This document shows positions 36,930 through 46,178 of a stretch of DNA of 64,000 nt, piece by piece. The notes beneath the pieces were generated by a model that was not told where the DNA came from, made no database searches, and worked only from the letters and a program-made list of their open reading frames with translations. A program made the position numbers and the translations under genes. The first letter of the stretch is position 1. Every line of letters starts with the position of its first letter. The stretch is from Actinomycetota bacterium. Its GTDB lineage: Bacteria > Actinomycetota > Geothermincolia > Fen-727 > JAQUKT01. The DNA is taken from the NCBI GenBank assembly GCA_028718945.1, contig JAQUKT010000002.1, forward strand, positions 7,874 to 71,873. Direction: 5' to 3'.

Positions 36930-38651
36930 TCACCCCTGTTTCTTCTTGACAGATTCCTGTGCTTTTGGACTCTTTTTTGCGGCTTTTTTCGTAGGAACGG
37001 GCTTTCCCTTCTTCTTTTCTGTTTTAGAGATTGGCTTGGCTTCTGACGTGGATTTTACGCCAGGAGCCTTCATTGCTTTGGCGATGATTGAGGTTATGTC
37101 ATGAACGTCGATGGCTGGCTTTTCCCTTTCGGTAGGGACCTTCCCCGAAAGCGCGCATCTGAAGTGAATCAGGCACTTTGGGCATGAGGTCAGAAGAGCG
37201 TCCGCGCCAGTCGAGCAAGCCTCCTCGAGCCGGTCAATCTGAATGCACTTTGATGTTGCGCCACAAAGTACCCAGGAACTGACACCACAGCATATTGCGT
37301 CGGCACCGGAGTGTTTCATCTCAACGAGTTCAACACCAGGTATCGAGTTTATGACCTTCCTTGGCGCCTCATATATCCCCATGTGACGACCGAGCCGACA
37401 GGGGTCCTGGTAAGTGACTTTCATTTCGAGAGTCTTGTTGAAAGAGATCTTTTTTTCATCAAGTAACTTGCTCGTGAGTTCCGTTATATGCATAACGTCA
37501 ATGTCCCAGTTCTTGATGACCCTCGGGTATTCGCGTGAAAAAGTGAGGTACCCTTCAGGACATGAAAAAACAACCCTTCTGACCCCTGCTTCTTTGATTG
37601 CTTTTGCATTCTTTTTTGCAAGTGTTTCGAAGGATTCGGTGTCGCCTGCCGCAAGAAGGTCATGACCGCAGCAGCATTCGTTTTCGAGCACAACTGGAGT
37701 GATTCCGGCAGCGTTGAGTATTGAGATGGTATTTTTTGCTATGTCAAGGGAACCAGGTCTTATGTACGAGTGTGAGATTTCATAATACGGCAGGCAGCCA
37801 ACAAAATACATTATGTCATTCTTGCTGCTGGCACTTCTTTTGATTCTCATCCCATCGGTAAAGGAAGTGCGGTTCTGGCGAATGCCTTCTGAAGCCATTA
37901 TTCTCATCCAGGAATACATGAGCCCTGATTTCGTTCCAACTTTATTATCCCTTATTTCCTTTGAGGCAACCCTTCGCTGGTAGATGAAGTCCGAGAATCG
38001 GACATCGAAGGGGCACCGTTCCTCGCACGTCGCGCAGGTAAGGCACTCCCATATCCCGTCGGTTTTTTCGAGGTCCGAAACAAGGTTTTCAAGTGAGTAT
38101 TCCACCAGTTTCCTTGGGCTGAACTCAGGGTTTCTCCTCGCAACGGGGCATGACGCGGTGCACTTCCCGCACTCAACGCAGAGCATGGCGTTGGTGCTTT
38201 CTATAGAGTCGTCGAGGGATGGTGCTTTCAAGACCCTTTGCCTGGCTTTCTTGAGAGGATTCGGACCGAGCTTCTTGAGAGCCTTGACGAAATCGGTGAT
38301 TTCTTCTGCAAACTGCTCCCCTTCATTTGCGTTGACCCACTTTATTCTCAATCTATCTGAACCGAGACCAAGAAGGTCGAGGAGCCTCCCGGTTGACTCG
38401 ACTCCCTCCTTTGCCCTCATATTGCCTGTTTTGTAGTGGCAGTCGGCTTCGTGACAACCACCGACCAAAACGCCATCAGCACCGCTTTCGAAGGCTTTAA
38501 GGATGAAGGCAGGTTCAATCCTGCCCGAGCACATGACGCGGATTATTCGTACATTTGCCGGATACTGGATTCTCGATACGCCAGCGTAGTCGGCGCCGGC
38601 ATATGCGCACCAGTTGCATGTGAACGCAATTATCCTTGGCTCAAAAGCCAA
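36930..38651 (-). CDS. MvhD-HdrC-HdrB fusion protein (MvhD domain + 2x[4Fe-4S] + two CCG domains) with Lys-rich C-terminal tail
   Basis: 573 aa. N-terminal MvhD 'IIAFTCNWCAYAGADYAGVSRIQYPANVRIIRVMCSGRIEP'. HdrC-like 'CVECGKCTASCP...CLTCATCEERCP'. HdrB-like CCG motifs 'CCCGHDLL' and 'CCGVSSWVLCG'. Tail 'KKKGKPVPTKKAAKKSPKAQESVKKKQG'. Confidence 0.8.
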   Translation of the reverse strand: MAFEPRIIAFTCNWCAYAGADYAGVSRIQYPANVRIIRVMCSGRIEPAFILKAFESGADGVLVGGCHEADCHYKTGNMRAKEGVESTGRLLDLLGLGSDRLRIKWVNANEGEQFAEEITDFVKALKKLGPNPLKKARQRVLKAPSLDDSIESTNAMLCVECGKCTASCPVARRNPEFSPRKLVEYSLENLVSDLEKTDGIWECLTCATCEERCPFDVRFSDFIYQRRVASKEIRDNKVGTKSGLMYSWMRIMASEGIRQNRTSFTDGMRIKRSASSKNDIMYFVGCLPYYEISHSYIRPGSLDIAKNTISILNAAGITPVVLENECCCGHDLLAAGDTESFETLAKKNAKAIKEAGVRRVVFSCPEGYLTFSREYPRVIKNWDIDVMHITELTSKLLDEKKISFNKTLEMKVTYQDPCRLGRHMGIYEAPRKVINSIPGVELVEMKHSGADAICCGVSSWVLCGATSKCIQIDRLEEACSTGADALLTSCPKCLIHFRCALSGKVPTEREKPAIDVHDITSIIAKAMKAPGVKSTSEAKPISKTEKKKGKPVPTKKAAKKSPKAQESVKKKQG

Positions 38652-38684
38652 CCGTCCTCCTTAGTCTTTGCGCAAACGAAAGCC

Positions 38685-41600
38685 TCATTTCACTGCTGAC
38701 CTTATCATCGCTTCGATTTGCTCATCCGTAAAGTGAGAAATTGTTATGGCGTCGCTCCAGCATGACACCGCGCACATGCCGCAGCCGACGCAAAGAGCCT
38801 CATTGACTTCGGCGACAGGAATTTTTGTACCATCGCTTTTGACACTTATGGCTCCGAATTCGCATGCGTCCTCGCAAGCACCGCAGCCCCGACATCTTTT
38901 CGGGTCAACTTTTGCTATCGCACCTTCACCGATGACATATTCTTTTGACAGGACTGTGATGGCTCTTCCTGCGGCACCGAGACCCTGGGAGATTGCTTCA
39001 CACGCAAGCTTTGGATGATGGCATGTTCCGGCGAGGAATATTCCCGCTGTCGAGAAATCGAGTGGTCTCAGTTTTACGTGGGCTTCAAGGAAGAAGCCGT
39101 CCTCATCGGTAGGTATCTTCATCATCTCGGAAAGGGCGACGTTCTCATCATCGGGGACAACCGGTGTGGAAAGAACAACTAAGTCAGTTTCTATTTCAAT
39201 CTCGTGGGGAACTTGAGGGCTATTGAGATTGACGGTTAAACCATTCTCTTCCTCCTTGATTTGCGGCGGTTCCTTGTCATCGTATCTTATGAACAGTATC
39301 CCTCGCTCTCTTGCTTTCCGATAGAGTTCTTCGTGAAGTGCGTAAACAACAATATCGCGGTAGAGAACAAAAACGTTTGCTCCTGTGTTTCTTTCCTTGA
39401 ATGCAATGGCGTTCATGAGGGCATGGATACAGCAAACGCGGCTGCAGTAAGGTCTCTCCTCGTTCCTCCCCTCGACGCATTGAATCATCACGACCGATTT
39501 TGCTTTTAGTGTGGGGAGTTTTTGCCTGAACTCTTTTTGTGTCATCACTTTTTGGCTCTTACCGAAGAGATAGGAGGATGGGATATGCTCTCTTCCTCCG
39601 GTTGCAACTATTACCGCGCCCGGCTTGATTTCTTTCAAGCCTTCCCCGGATTGAACGAGTGCCCTGAAATTTCCAATGTAGCCGGAGAAGTCAACGACTC
39701 TTGATGAAGTGTGAACGACCACGTTCCTTAGTTTCTTGAGTTCCGAAATCACAGACAGGATGCCCGTGCGGATGTCTTCTGTTTCCTCGATGCCAAGGTT
39801 AGCCGGAATGCTGTTGACGCCTCCACCCAGGTGTTCTTCTTTCTCAACGATGTGAGTTTTGAAACCCGATTTTGCAAGTACGAGCGCTGAGGAGATTCCC
39901 GCCGGACCGCCGCCTATTACAAGAGCTTCGTGGTTTACCTTTACCGGAAGTAGAGGGAGCGGCTCGAGCAACCTTGCTCTTGAGACTGACATCCCCACAA
40001 GGTCCTTTGCTTTCTCCGTTGCTCTTTCGGGCTCGAGGCTGTGAACCCACGAACACTGGTCGCGGATGTTCGCGAATTCAAGGAGGTAACGGTTCAAACC
40101 AGCCTCCCGAATTGTGTCTCTGAAAAGTTTTTCGTGAGTTCGGGGAGTGCATGCCGCCACGACTACCCTCGTGAGTTGGTGCTCATGAATTGCCTGCTTT
40201 ATTCTTTCGCAGGATTCCGATGAGCATGTATATGTGTTTTCCTCGACATATACCACATTCCCAAGAGTGCGAGCATATTCTGCGACGGCACCCGTATCTA
40301 CGAAGTTAGCGATGTTCTTCCCGCAATGGCAGACAAAGACGCCGATTCTTGGTTCCCTCACTTTTGTATCAGCTTCAGGTGGCAGTTCCTTTTCTTGAAT
40401 GAGTGTTCCGCGAGCCTCAGAGAGAATCGAGGAGCAATTGCCAGAAGCGCCCGCTGCCTGGGAAACAGTTTCCGGTATGTCCTTTGGACCAGTCGCTGAG
40501 CCACATGCGAATATCCCGGGCACTGAAGTTTCGGTAGGATTCTCCTGCTTGGTTTCGATGAAGCCGTATTGATTCAACTTTACGCCTGCTTTTTCGAGCG
40601 CGGTTATCGGGGAGGCTTTGAGCCCGACGGAAAGTGAAACGATGTCAAACTCATCTTCTTCCCATCCATCTTCCGTGAGGAACCGTATCCTCAAAGTATC
40701 CGGACCTGCGATTTCAACCGAGGGAATCTTGAATCTGGTAAATCTTATTCCGTACTCGTCTTCTGCTCTTCTTTTGAATCGTTCAAATCCCTTGCCAAAT
40801 GTTCGCATATCGATGTGGAATATGTGGCAGGCTATATCCGGGTCGTGTTCCTTGATAACTGTTGCCTGCTTTATTGCGTAGGTGCAGCAAACCCCGGAGC
40901 AGTAGGGATTGTGGAAAATGTCGCGAGAGCCGGCGCACTGGACGAAGGCAATTCTTTTTGCCGGTTTTCCATCCGATGGTCTTACTATTTTCCCCGCGTA
41001 CGGACCGCTTGCGCACATGATTCTTTCGAGTTGAATCGAGGATACTACATTCGGGTGTTCAGGGTGGTAGGGAGAAAGCTCCTTGATACTTGATGCATGA
41101 GCTCCGGTGGCAGCGACTATCGAACCCACCTCGATTTTCTTGGGTTCCGGTTTCTGGTCGAAGTCTATCGCTTTGGCGGTGCATGCTTCCTGGCACGGAG
41201 CCTTGCACTTCCCCTTCGTGAACTTGAGGCAGGCATTTGTATCAATGAGAGCAATGCGAGGGACGCTCTGGGCGAAGGGGATATAAATTGCACTCCTTTT
41301 TGAAAGACCGGCGTCGAATTCCGATGGGATTCTCTCGGAGAGAACGCATGCTTCTGAACATGCGCCACAGCCGGTGCATAACTCGGTTGAAACGAAGCGA
41401 GGATTTTGAATATATTCAACTGCGAAGTCCCCGGGACCGCCTTTGATTTCTTTGATTTGGGCAAGAGTGATTATCTCTATGTTCGGGTGCTGGCTTGCCT
41501 CCACCAGTTTTGGAGAAAGGATGCACATTGAGCAGTCGTTGGTAGGGAATGTCTTGTCTAACATTGCCATCAGGCCACCTATGGATGGACTGCTTTCAAG

Positions 41601-41693
41601 AATGTAAGCCTCAAAGCCGCTCTCTGCTACATCGAGCGCTGCTTCGATCCCGCCTATTCCTCCACCGACTACGAGGACAGAGCCCTTTTTCAT
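38685..41693 (-). CDS. tandem (double) HdrA-like flavoprotein, 1002 aa
   Basis: Two FAD-binding units ('VLVVGGGIGGIEAALDVA' and 'ALVIGGGPAGISSALVLA'). Inserted ferredoxin 'CTGCGACSEAC', Trx-like 'GVFVCHCGKNIANF', and C-terminal 2x[4Fe-4S] 'CRGCGACEDACEFG...CVGCGMCAVSC'. Confidence 0.85.
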   Translation of the reverse strand: MKKGSVLVVGGGIGGIEAALDVAESGFEAYILESSPSIGGLMAMLDKTFPTNDCSMCILSPKLVEASQHPNIEIITLAQIKEIKGGPGDFAVEYIQNPRFVSTELCTGCGACSEACVLSERIPSEFDAGLSKRSAIYIPFAQSVPRIALIDTNACLKFTKGKCKAPCQEACTAKAIDFDQKPEPKKIEVGSIVAATGAHASSIKELSPYHPEHPNVVSSIQLERIMCASGPYAGKIVRPSDGKPAKRIAFVQCAGSRDIFHNPYCSGVCCTYAIKQATVIKEHDPDIACHIFHIDMRTFGKGFERFKRRAEDEYGIRFTRFKIPSVEIAGPDTLRIRFLTEDGWEEDEFDIVSLSVGLKASPITALEKAGVKLNQYGFIETKQENPTETSVPGIFACGSATGPKDIPETVSQAAGASGNCSSILSEARGTLIQEKELPPEADTKVREPRIGVFVCHCGKNIANFVDTGAVAEYARTLGNVVYVEENTYTCSSESCERIKQAIHEHQLTRVVVAACTPRTHEKLFRDTIREAGLNRYLLEFANIRDQCSWVHSLEPERATEKAKDLVGMSVSRARLLEPLPLLPVKVNHEALVIGGGPAGISSALVLAKSGFKTHIVEKEEHLGGGVNSIPANLGIEETEDIRTGILSVISELKKLRNVVVHTSSRVVDFSGYIGNFRALVQSGEGLKEIKPGAVIVATGGREHIPSSYLFGKSQKVMTQKEFRQKLPTLKAKSVVMIQCVEGRNEERPYCSRVCCIHALMNAIAFKERNTGANVFVLYRDIVVYALHEELYRKARERGILFIRYDDKEPPQIKEEENGLTVNLNSPQVPHEIEIETDLVVLSTPVVPDDENVALSEMMKIPTDEDGFFLEAHVKLRPLDFSTAGIFLAGTCHHPKLACEAISQGLGAAGRAITVLSKEYVIGEGAIAKVDPKRCRGCGACEDACEFGAISVKSDGTKIPVAEVNEALCVGCGMCAVSCWSDAITISHFTDEQIEAMIRSAVK

Positions 41694-41726
41694 GCCGCGC
41701 TGCTCCTTTGAGTCATTGGTTTCTGC

Positions 41727-42662
41727 CTAAAGCACTCCTGCTTCGGATCGCCTGACGAGTCTTTCAAATGAATCGTCAACTCTTTTCTGAATTTCCTTTA
41801 TGTCTTCCTCTTTGAGATGGCGAAAGCGACCCTGTGACCTTAGGTATTCGAGAACTGGTTTTCTTTTTTCCATGAAATAGTTCAATTTGAGTTTTCCGTC
41901 TATGATTTCATAGAGTGGGAAGACGCCTGTTTCGACCGCAAGCCTTCCCATTTCAACGGTAAGTTTGCTGTCGAACCTCCACCCGGTAGGGCAAGGAGTC
42001 AGGATGTGAAGATAGGTTGGTCCTTCTGTTTCGAATGCTATTTTTGCTTTGCGCAGAAGGTCCATGGGGAAACTTGGGCAGCATGTCGCAAGATAGGGAA
42101 TTTCATGAGCTGCAACGATCATGGGAAGATTCTTTTTGTTTGTAACCTGCCCTATTGATTCCTTTCCCGCAGGGCTTGTTGTGGTGCTTGCGCCGTACGG
42201 GGTTGCGGATGAGCGCTGGATGCCGGTATTCATATATGCCTCATTGTCTGTGCAGATGTATGTGAAATCGTGAAATCTCTCGAAAGCGCCAGAGAGAGCC
42301 TGAAGACCGATGTCTGCGGTTCCTCCATCACCGGCAAGGGCGATAATTGTTGTCCGCCCCTGCTTGTAGCGCTTCTTGTTCCTTAGTGTCTTGATTGCCG
42401 ATTCAACTCCGGATGCCACCGCAGCGGCATTTTCGAATGCAACGTGTATCCAGGGAACTCGCCATGCGGTTTGCGGATAGGGGCTTGATATGATTTCAAC
42501 ACAGCCTGTCGCGCTGCATACAATTGTATCCGGACCTGCCGCTTTCATAAATTGCCTGATGGCAAGAGCTTCTCCACAACCTTGGCAGCCACGGTTGCCC
42601 TCGGCGAAATATTCCTGCGGAGGAATAAGCCTGGGGATGAAGTCGAAGTTGCTCTCCGTCAT
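41727..42662 (-). CDS. porB: 2-oxoacid:ferredoxin oxidoreductase beta subunit (TPP-binding; PorB/VorB type)
   Basis: 311 aa with 'GCQGCGE' and the TPP-binding 'GDGGTADIG' motif. Fourth gene of a porG-D-A-B order block. Confidence 0.85.
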   Translation of the reverse strand: MTESNFDFIPRLIPPQEYFAEGNRGCQGCGEALAIRQFMKAAGPDTIVCSATGCVEIISSPYPQTAWRVPWIHVAFENAAAVASGVESAIKTLRNKKRYKQGRTTIIALAGDGGTADIGLQALSGAFERFHDFTYICTDNEAYMNTGIQRSSATPYGASTTTSPAGKESIGQVTNKKNLPMIVAAHEIPYLATCCPSFPMDLLRKAKIAFETEGPTYLHILTPCPTGWRFDSKLTVEMGRLAVETGVFPLYEIIDGKLKLNYFMEKRKPVLEYLRSQGRFRHLKEEDIKEIQKRVDDSFERLVRRSEAGVL

Positions 42663-43837
42663 TCCCTCACTCCTATCATGAAGTACTCCTCCTCAAAACC
42701 CTCTGAAAGCGCTCGTTCGGCAATTTCTACGATTTGTGTGAAATCTTCAATTGTGACATCTCTACCGCCCAGTCCTGCGATGAAGCCTATGGTTAGCGGC
42801 TTTTTCTCGAGGGGATACAATGCACTTCTGAGCTCTGAGCACATGGGCCCGCCCGGCCCCCCGAAGGAAAGGCATCGGTCAACTACGGCTACGGCTTTTG
42901 CATTTTGAACGGCATCCCTTATGTCATTGAAGGGGTATGGTCTCCATAGCCTGGTTGTAAGAAGCCCGACTTTCTTGCCAGACTTTCGCATCTTGCTCAC
43001 AGCGACTTTTGCGGTTCCGGAAATCGAGCCCGCAAGATTGATGATGATTTCAGCATCTTCTGTCATGAATTTCTCGACGGGAGAATATTTTCTGCCAAAC
43101 TTCAAAGCGAAATCTTCCCAAACCTCGAGAATCACGGGATAAGCCCCGAGAATCGCTTCGTTCTGCTGCTTTTTTATCTCTGTATAGATTTCCGGAAAAC
43201 CAACCGGACCAATGGATACGGGGTTTTCGGGGTCGAGTTTCAATTTCGGATTGAACGGGGGGAGAAAGGAATCAATGTCCTCCTGGCTCTCGACGAACAG
43301 CGGTTCAATAACATGAGAGAGTGTAAATCCGTCAATGTTTACGATTGAGGGAGTGAGCACCCTTTCATCTTCAGCCCACTTGAACGACTGTATGGTGAGG
43401 TCGAAGGATTCCTGCCCTGTTTCGGCAAAGACCTGTATCCAACCGCAGTCTCTTTCGGCCATTATGTCACTCTGGTCTCCCCAGATTGAAAGAGGTGCCG
43501 ATAATGCTCTGTTCGCAACAGCCATCACAACGGGGAGTCGGAGACCAGAAGCAATGAAGAGAACCTCGTGCATGAGCGCGAGGCCCTGTGACGCTGTAGC
43601 GGTGAAGGTGCGCGCGCCTGCAGCGGAGGCGCCGCAGCAAGCGCTCATTGCGGAATGTTCGGATTCAACCATGATAAACTCTGAGTCGAGTTCTCCATCG
43701 GCTACCATGCGAGCCAGCTCTTCTACGATATGTGTTTGTGGCGTAATCGGATAAGCCGCAATTACATCCGGCCTGCACAGCTTTGCCGCTTCGCTTATTG
43801 CAAAGGAAACCTCGAGTCCGACTCTTTTGCCCATCAC
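42659..43837 (-). CDS. porA: 2-oxoacid:ferredoxin oxidoreductase alpha subunit
   Basis: 392 aa with PorA-like N-terminal 'AYPITPQT' and 'ESEHSAMSACCGASAAGARTFTATASQGL'. Confidence 0.85.
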   Translation of the reverse strand: MMGKRVGLEVSFAISEAAKLCRPDVIAAYPITPQTHIVEELARMVADGELDSEFIMVESEHSAMSACCGASAAGARTFTATASQGLALMHEVLFIASGLRLPVVMAVANRALSAPLSIWGDQSDIMAERDCGWIQVFAETGQESFDLTIQSFKWAEDERVLTPSIVNIDGFTLSHVIEPLFVESQEDIDSFLPPFNPKLKLDPENPVSIGPVGFPEIYTEIKKQQNEAILGAYPVILEVWEDFALKFGRKYSPVEKFMTEDAEIIINLAGSISGTAKVAVSKMRKSGKKVGLLTTRLWRPYPFNDIRDAVQNAKAVAVVDRCLSFGGPGGPMCSELRSALYPLEKKPLTIGFIAGLGGRDVTIEDFTQIVEIAERALSEGFEEEYFMIGVRE

Positions 43838-44121
43838 TTCTCCTCTTCAACCATCTTTATCGCGTTTCTCGGACATTCGTGGGCGCATATCCCGCATCCC
43901 TTGCAGTGTTCATAATCGACCTCATAGTATCCCTCTTCGTTGATGAACAGCGAGGATTCGGGGCAGAGAATCCAGCATAGTCCGCATTTGTTACAGGCTT
44001 CCGGGTCGCGCAGTGGCTTTTCGCTTCTCCATTCCCCAGTTTTTTGTTGCGTCGCGCTTCCCGGCTCAGAAATTGCAGCCGCAAGCGGGAAGGCTTTCCA
44101 TTTTGGAAGATCAGTCATCAC
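43834..44121 (-). CDS. porD: 2-oxoacid:ferredoxin oxidoreductase delta subunit (2x[4Fe-4S] ferredoxin)
   Basis: 95 aa with 'CNKCGLCWILCP' and 'CKGCGICAHECP'. Confidence 0.8.
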   Translation of the reverse strand: MMTDLPKWKAFPLAAAISEPGSATQQKTGEWRSEKPLRDPEACNKCGLCWILCPESSLFINEEGYYEVDYEHCKGCGICAHECPRNAIKMVEEEK

Positions 44122-44693
44122 TCACCCTCAAGGATCGTTTCGCTGTAAGCTCGCTTCATAGCATTTACGTTTTTTTCTGCGACTTGAGGAAACATCTCTT
44201 CAACTTGTTTTGCCAGCGAATCAATTGAAACCAGGCCGGAAACTCTCGAGAGAGCTCCCATCATTGTTGTGTTGGTTATGGGCCTCCCAATTTCCTCGTG
44301 TGCTATTTTGCTTGCGTTAACAATACAGACTTTCTGAGATATCTTGAATTCCTGCTTTACTTCCGAAATCGTTTTGCGCGTGTTGACTATAAGCGTGCCG
44401 TCTGGAGAAAGACCCTCGGTGGTATCAACCGCACTCATTACCGAGGGGTCGAGAACAACAACAATATCCGGACTCGTTATGCCGGACCTTATGAAGATGA
44501 ATTCATCGGATATCCTCGTGAACGCCATCACGGGGGCTCCCCGCCTTTCAGGTCCAAAACTCGGGAAAGCCTGGGCGTATTTGCCATCTTCTATTGCTGC
44601 AAGTGCAAACATCTGGGCCGAGGCAACGGCTCCCTGGCCGCCTCTCCCGTGCCATCTTATCTCGGTAATATTTTGAGCGCTTAAGTCTTCCAT
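44118..44693 (-). CDS. porG: 2-oxoacid:ferredoxin oxidoreductase gamma subunit
   Basis: 191 aa with 'IRWHGRGGQGAVASAQMFALAA', typical of the PorG/KorC gamma subunit. Confidence 0.8.
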   Translation of the reverse strand: MEDLSAQNITEIRWHGRGGQGAVASAQMFALAAIEDGKYAQAFPSFGPERRGAPVMAFTRISDEFIFIRSGITSPDIVVVLDPSVMSAVDTTEGLSPDGTLIVNTRKTISEVKQEFKISQKVCIVNASKIAHEEIGRPITNTTMMGALSRVSGLVSIDSLAKQVEEMFPQVAEKNVNAMKRAYSETILEGE

Positions 44694-44696
44694 GGT

Positions 44697-45569
44697 TTAC
44701 CCGATTTTTTTCATAAGACCATCGACTCCCACCCTGTGAGCCTGAAGCCCGAGAGCGGAAGGGTCGTTGCCGAGGGAGATTGCAAGCAACTGGCAATAAT
44801 GTAGCACAGGAATCTGATAGTCTTTTTTGAGCTTGCGTTTGATTTCAAGTTGACCAAAGTCAAACTGCTCGAAACAGGCGGGGCAAACTACGACAATTAC
44901 ATCTGCGCCGGAATCTTTCATGGCCTTGCATTTGTTGCTTGCCATTGAAAGAGAGAGCTCAGGGGAGCGAACCGCATTTCCACAGCAGTCCGTGTAACCA
45001 TCGTACTTCACGACCTCACAGGAGAGAGCCTCAACCAAGTGCTCGAGAACTTCTGGATTGAATGGATCGTCGAATGAGACCAAGCGGGAAGGTCTCAAGA
45101 GATGGCAGCCATGATGAATCGCAACTTTCAGACCTTTGAGCGGCTTTCTTACAAGTGATGATATTCTTTCCGCGCCGACCTCTGCGAGGCACTCTGCAAC
45201 ATGCTTGACCTTCGCTTTTCCATTCAAAGAAAGCCCGAGCGGTGAAAGCTTTTCTGAGATAGTTTGTTTTTCGCCGTTTTCTTTGAGGATTTGGGAGGCT
45301 TCCTTGAGTGTCGAATAACACCCGTTGCAAAGTGTAAGCAAATCGCGGTTTCCCCTTTCGGCAAGAGCGATATTTCTGGAAGCAAGAGTAAGCCAGTCTT
45401 CGAGGGAGGAAGCTTTGATATTCCATGGTTCGGGGCAACAGGAGAAACCTCTGACATCTATCAGGTTTATTCCGCATTGTGGTAGAGCAATACGCGCCGC
45501 AAGTTCTATTTGCGGATGTCTCAGAGGTATCATGCATCCTGGAAAGAAAGTAAAATCCGTCCCTTTCAA
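44697..45569 (-). CDS. hdrB: HdrB-like protein with two CCG (Cys-rich) domains
   Basis: 290 aa. Two CX(n)CCX(n)CXXC units ('...SCCPEPW...CNGC' and '...DCCGNAV...CPAC'). Confidence 0.8.
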   Translation of the reverse strand: MKGTDFTFFPGCMIPLRHPQIELAARIALPQCGINLIDVRGFSCCPEPWNIKASSLEDWLTLASRNIALAERGNRDLLTLCNGCYSTLKEASQILKENGEKQTISEKLSPLGLSLNGKAKVKHVAECLAEVGAERISSLVRKPLKGLKVAIHHGCHLLRPSRLVSFDDPFNPEVLEHLVEALSCEVVKYDGYTDCCGNAVRSPELSLSMASNKCKAMKDSGADVIVVVCPACFEQFDFGQLEIKRKLKKDYQIPVLHYCQLLAISLGNDPSALGLQAHRVGVDGLMKKIG

Positions 45570-45572
45570 TTG

Positions 45573-46028
45573 TCACTCCATGATTTTTTTCACTTGTTCG
45601 GCGACCGTTGAATCAACTTCAGGCAGTCCAAGTTCTCTCCTTCTTTTCTTGATTGCTTCAGAAAGAGGGATGAATGTTCCGTTTTCGATTACATGAACAC
45701 GCGAGTCTTTTATTTCTTCGGGTGAATTTCCAGACTTATACGCCACGTTCTTGAGCGCTGTTATGACTTCAACGGGGTGTGTTCCCTGGGGACAGAACTC
45801 GTAGCATTTGTAACATGTGGCACATTCCCAGATTATGGAATCCTTGTCGATTAGTTCCCCTAAACCAAGCGACGCGGAAAGCACTATTTCGGCTGGATTG
45901 AAGCGAGAGTCAAGGCGAGCTGTCGGACATTCAGATACACACGCATTACATTGATAGCAGTGGTCGATTTCTCCTGCTTTTTCAACCTCACTCAGGTTTT
46001 TCTTGAAATCAGGGTTTACTGAAACCAA
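45573..46028 (-). CDS. hdrC: HdrC-like 2x[4Fe-4S] ferredoxin subunit
   Basis: 151 aa with 'CYQCNACVSECP' and 'CATCYKCYEFCP'. First gene of the hdr-por operon. Confidence 0.8.
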   Translation of the reverse strand: MVSVNPDFKKNLSEVEKAGEIDHCYQCNACVSECPTARLDSRFNPAEIVLSASLGLGELIDKDSIIWECATCYKCYEFCPQGTHPVEVITALKNVAYKSGNSPEEIKDSRVHVIENGTFIPLSEAIKKRRRELGLPEVDSTVAEQVKKIME

Positions 46029-46076
46029 GGTGACGCCTCATCGAAAGAATTTTTTCAGCAAAAAATTATAGGCGTC

Positions 46077-46106
46077 ATTATATTCAAATCAATGGTCAAA
46101 CGTCAA
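46077..46106 (-). promoter_or_regulatory. candidate sigma70-type promoter of the hdrC-hdrB-porGDAB-hdrA... operon (TTGACG-18-TATAAT on minus strand)
   Basis: Minus-strand -35 TTGACG (plus coordinates 46101-46106), 18-nt spacer, -10 TATAAT (46077-46082). About 50 nt upstream of the hdrC start, with palindromes in the leader. Confidence 0.5.
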
Positions 46107-46178
46107 ACGCGTAAACAAGAACCTTACTGTTTGTGCGCAAACAGCCAGAGTTCGTAACTATGCCTGGGGGCGCTCAGG

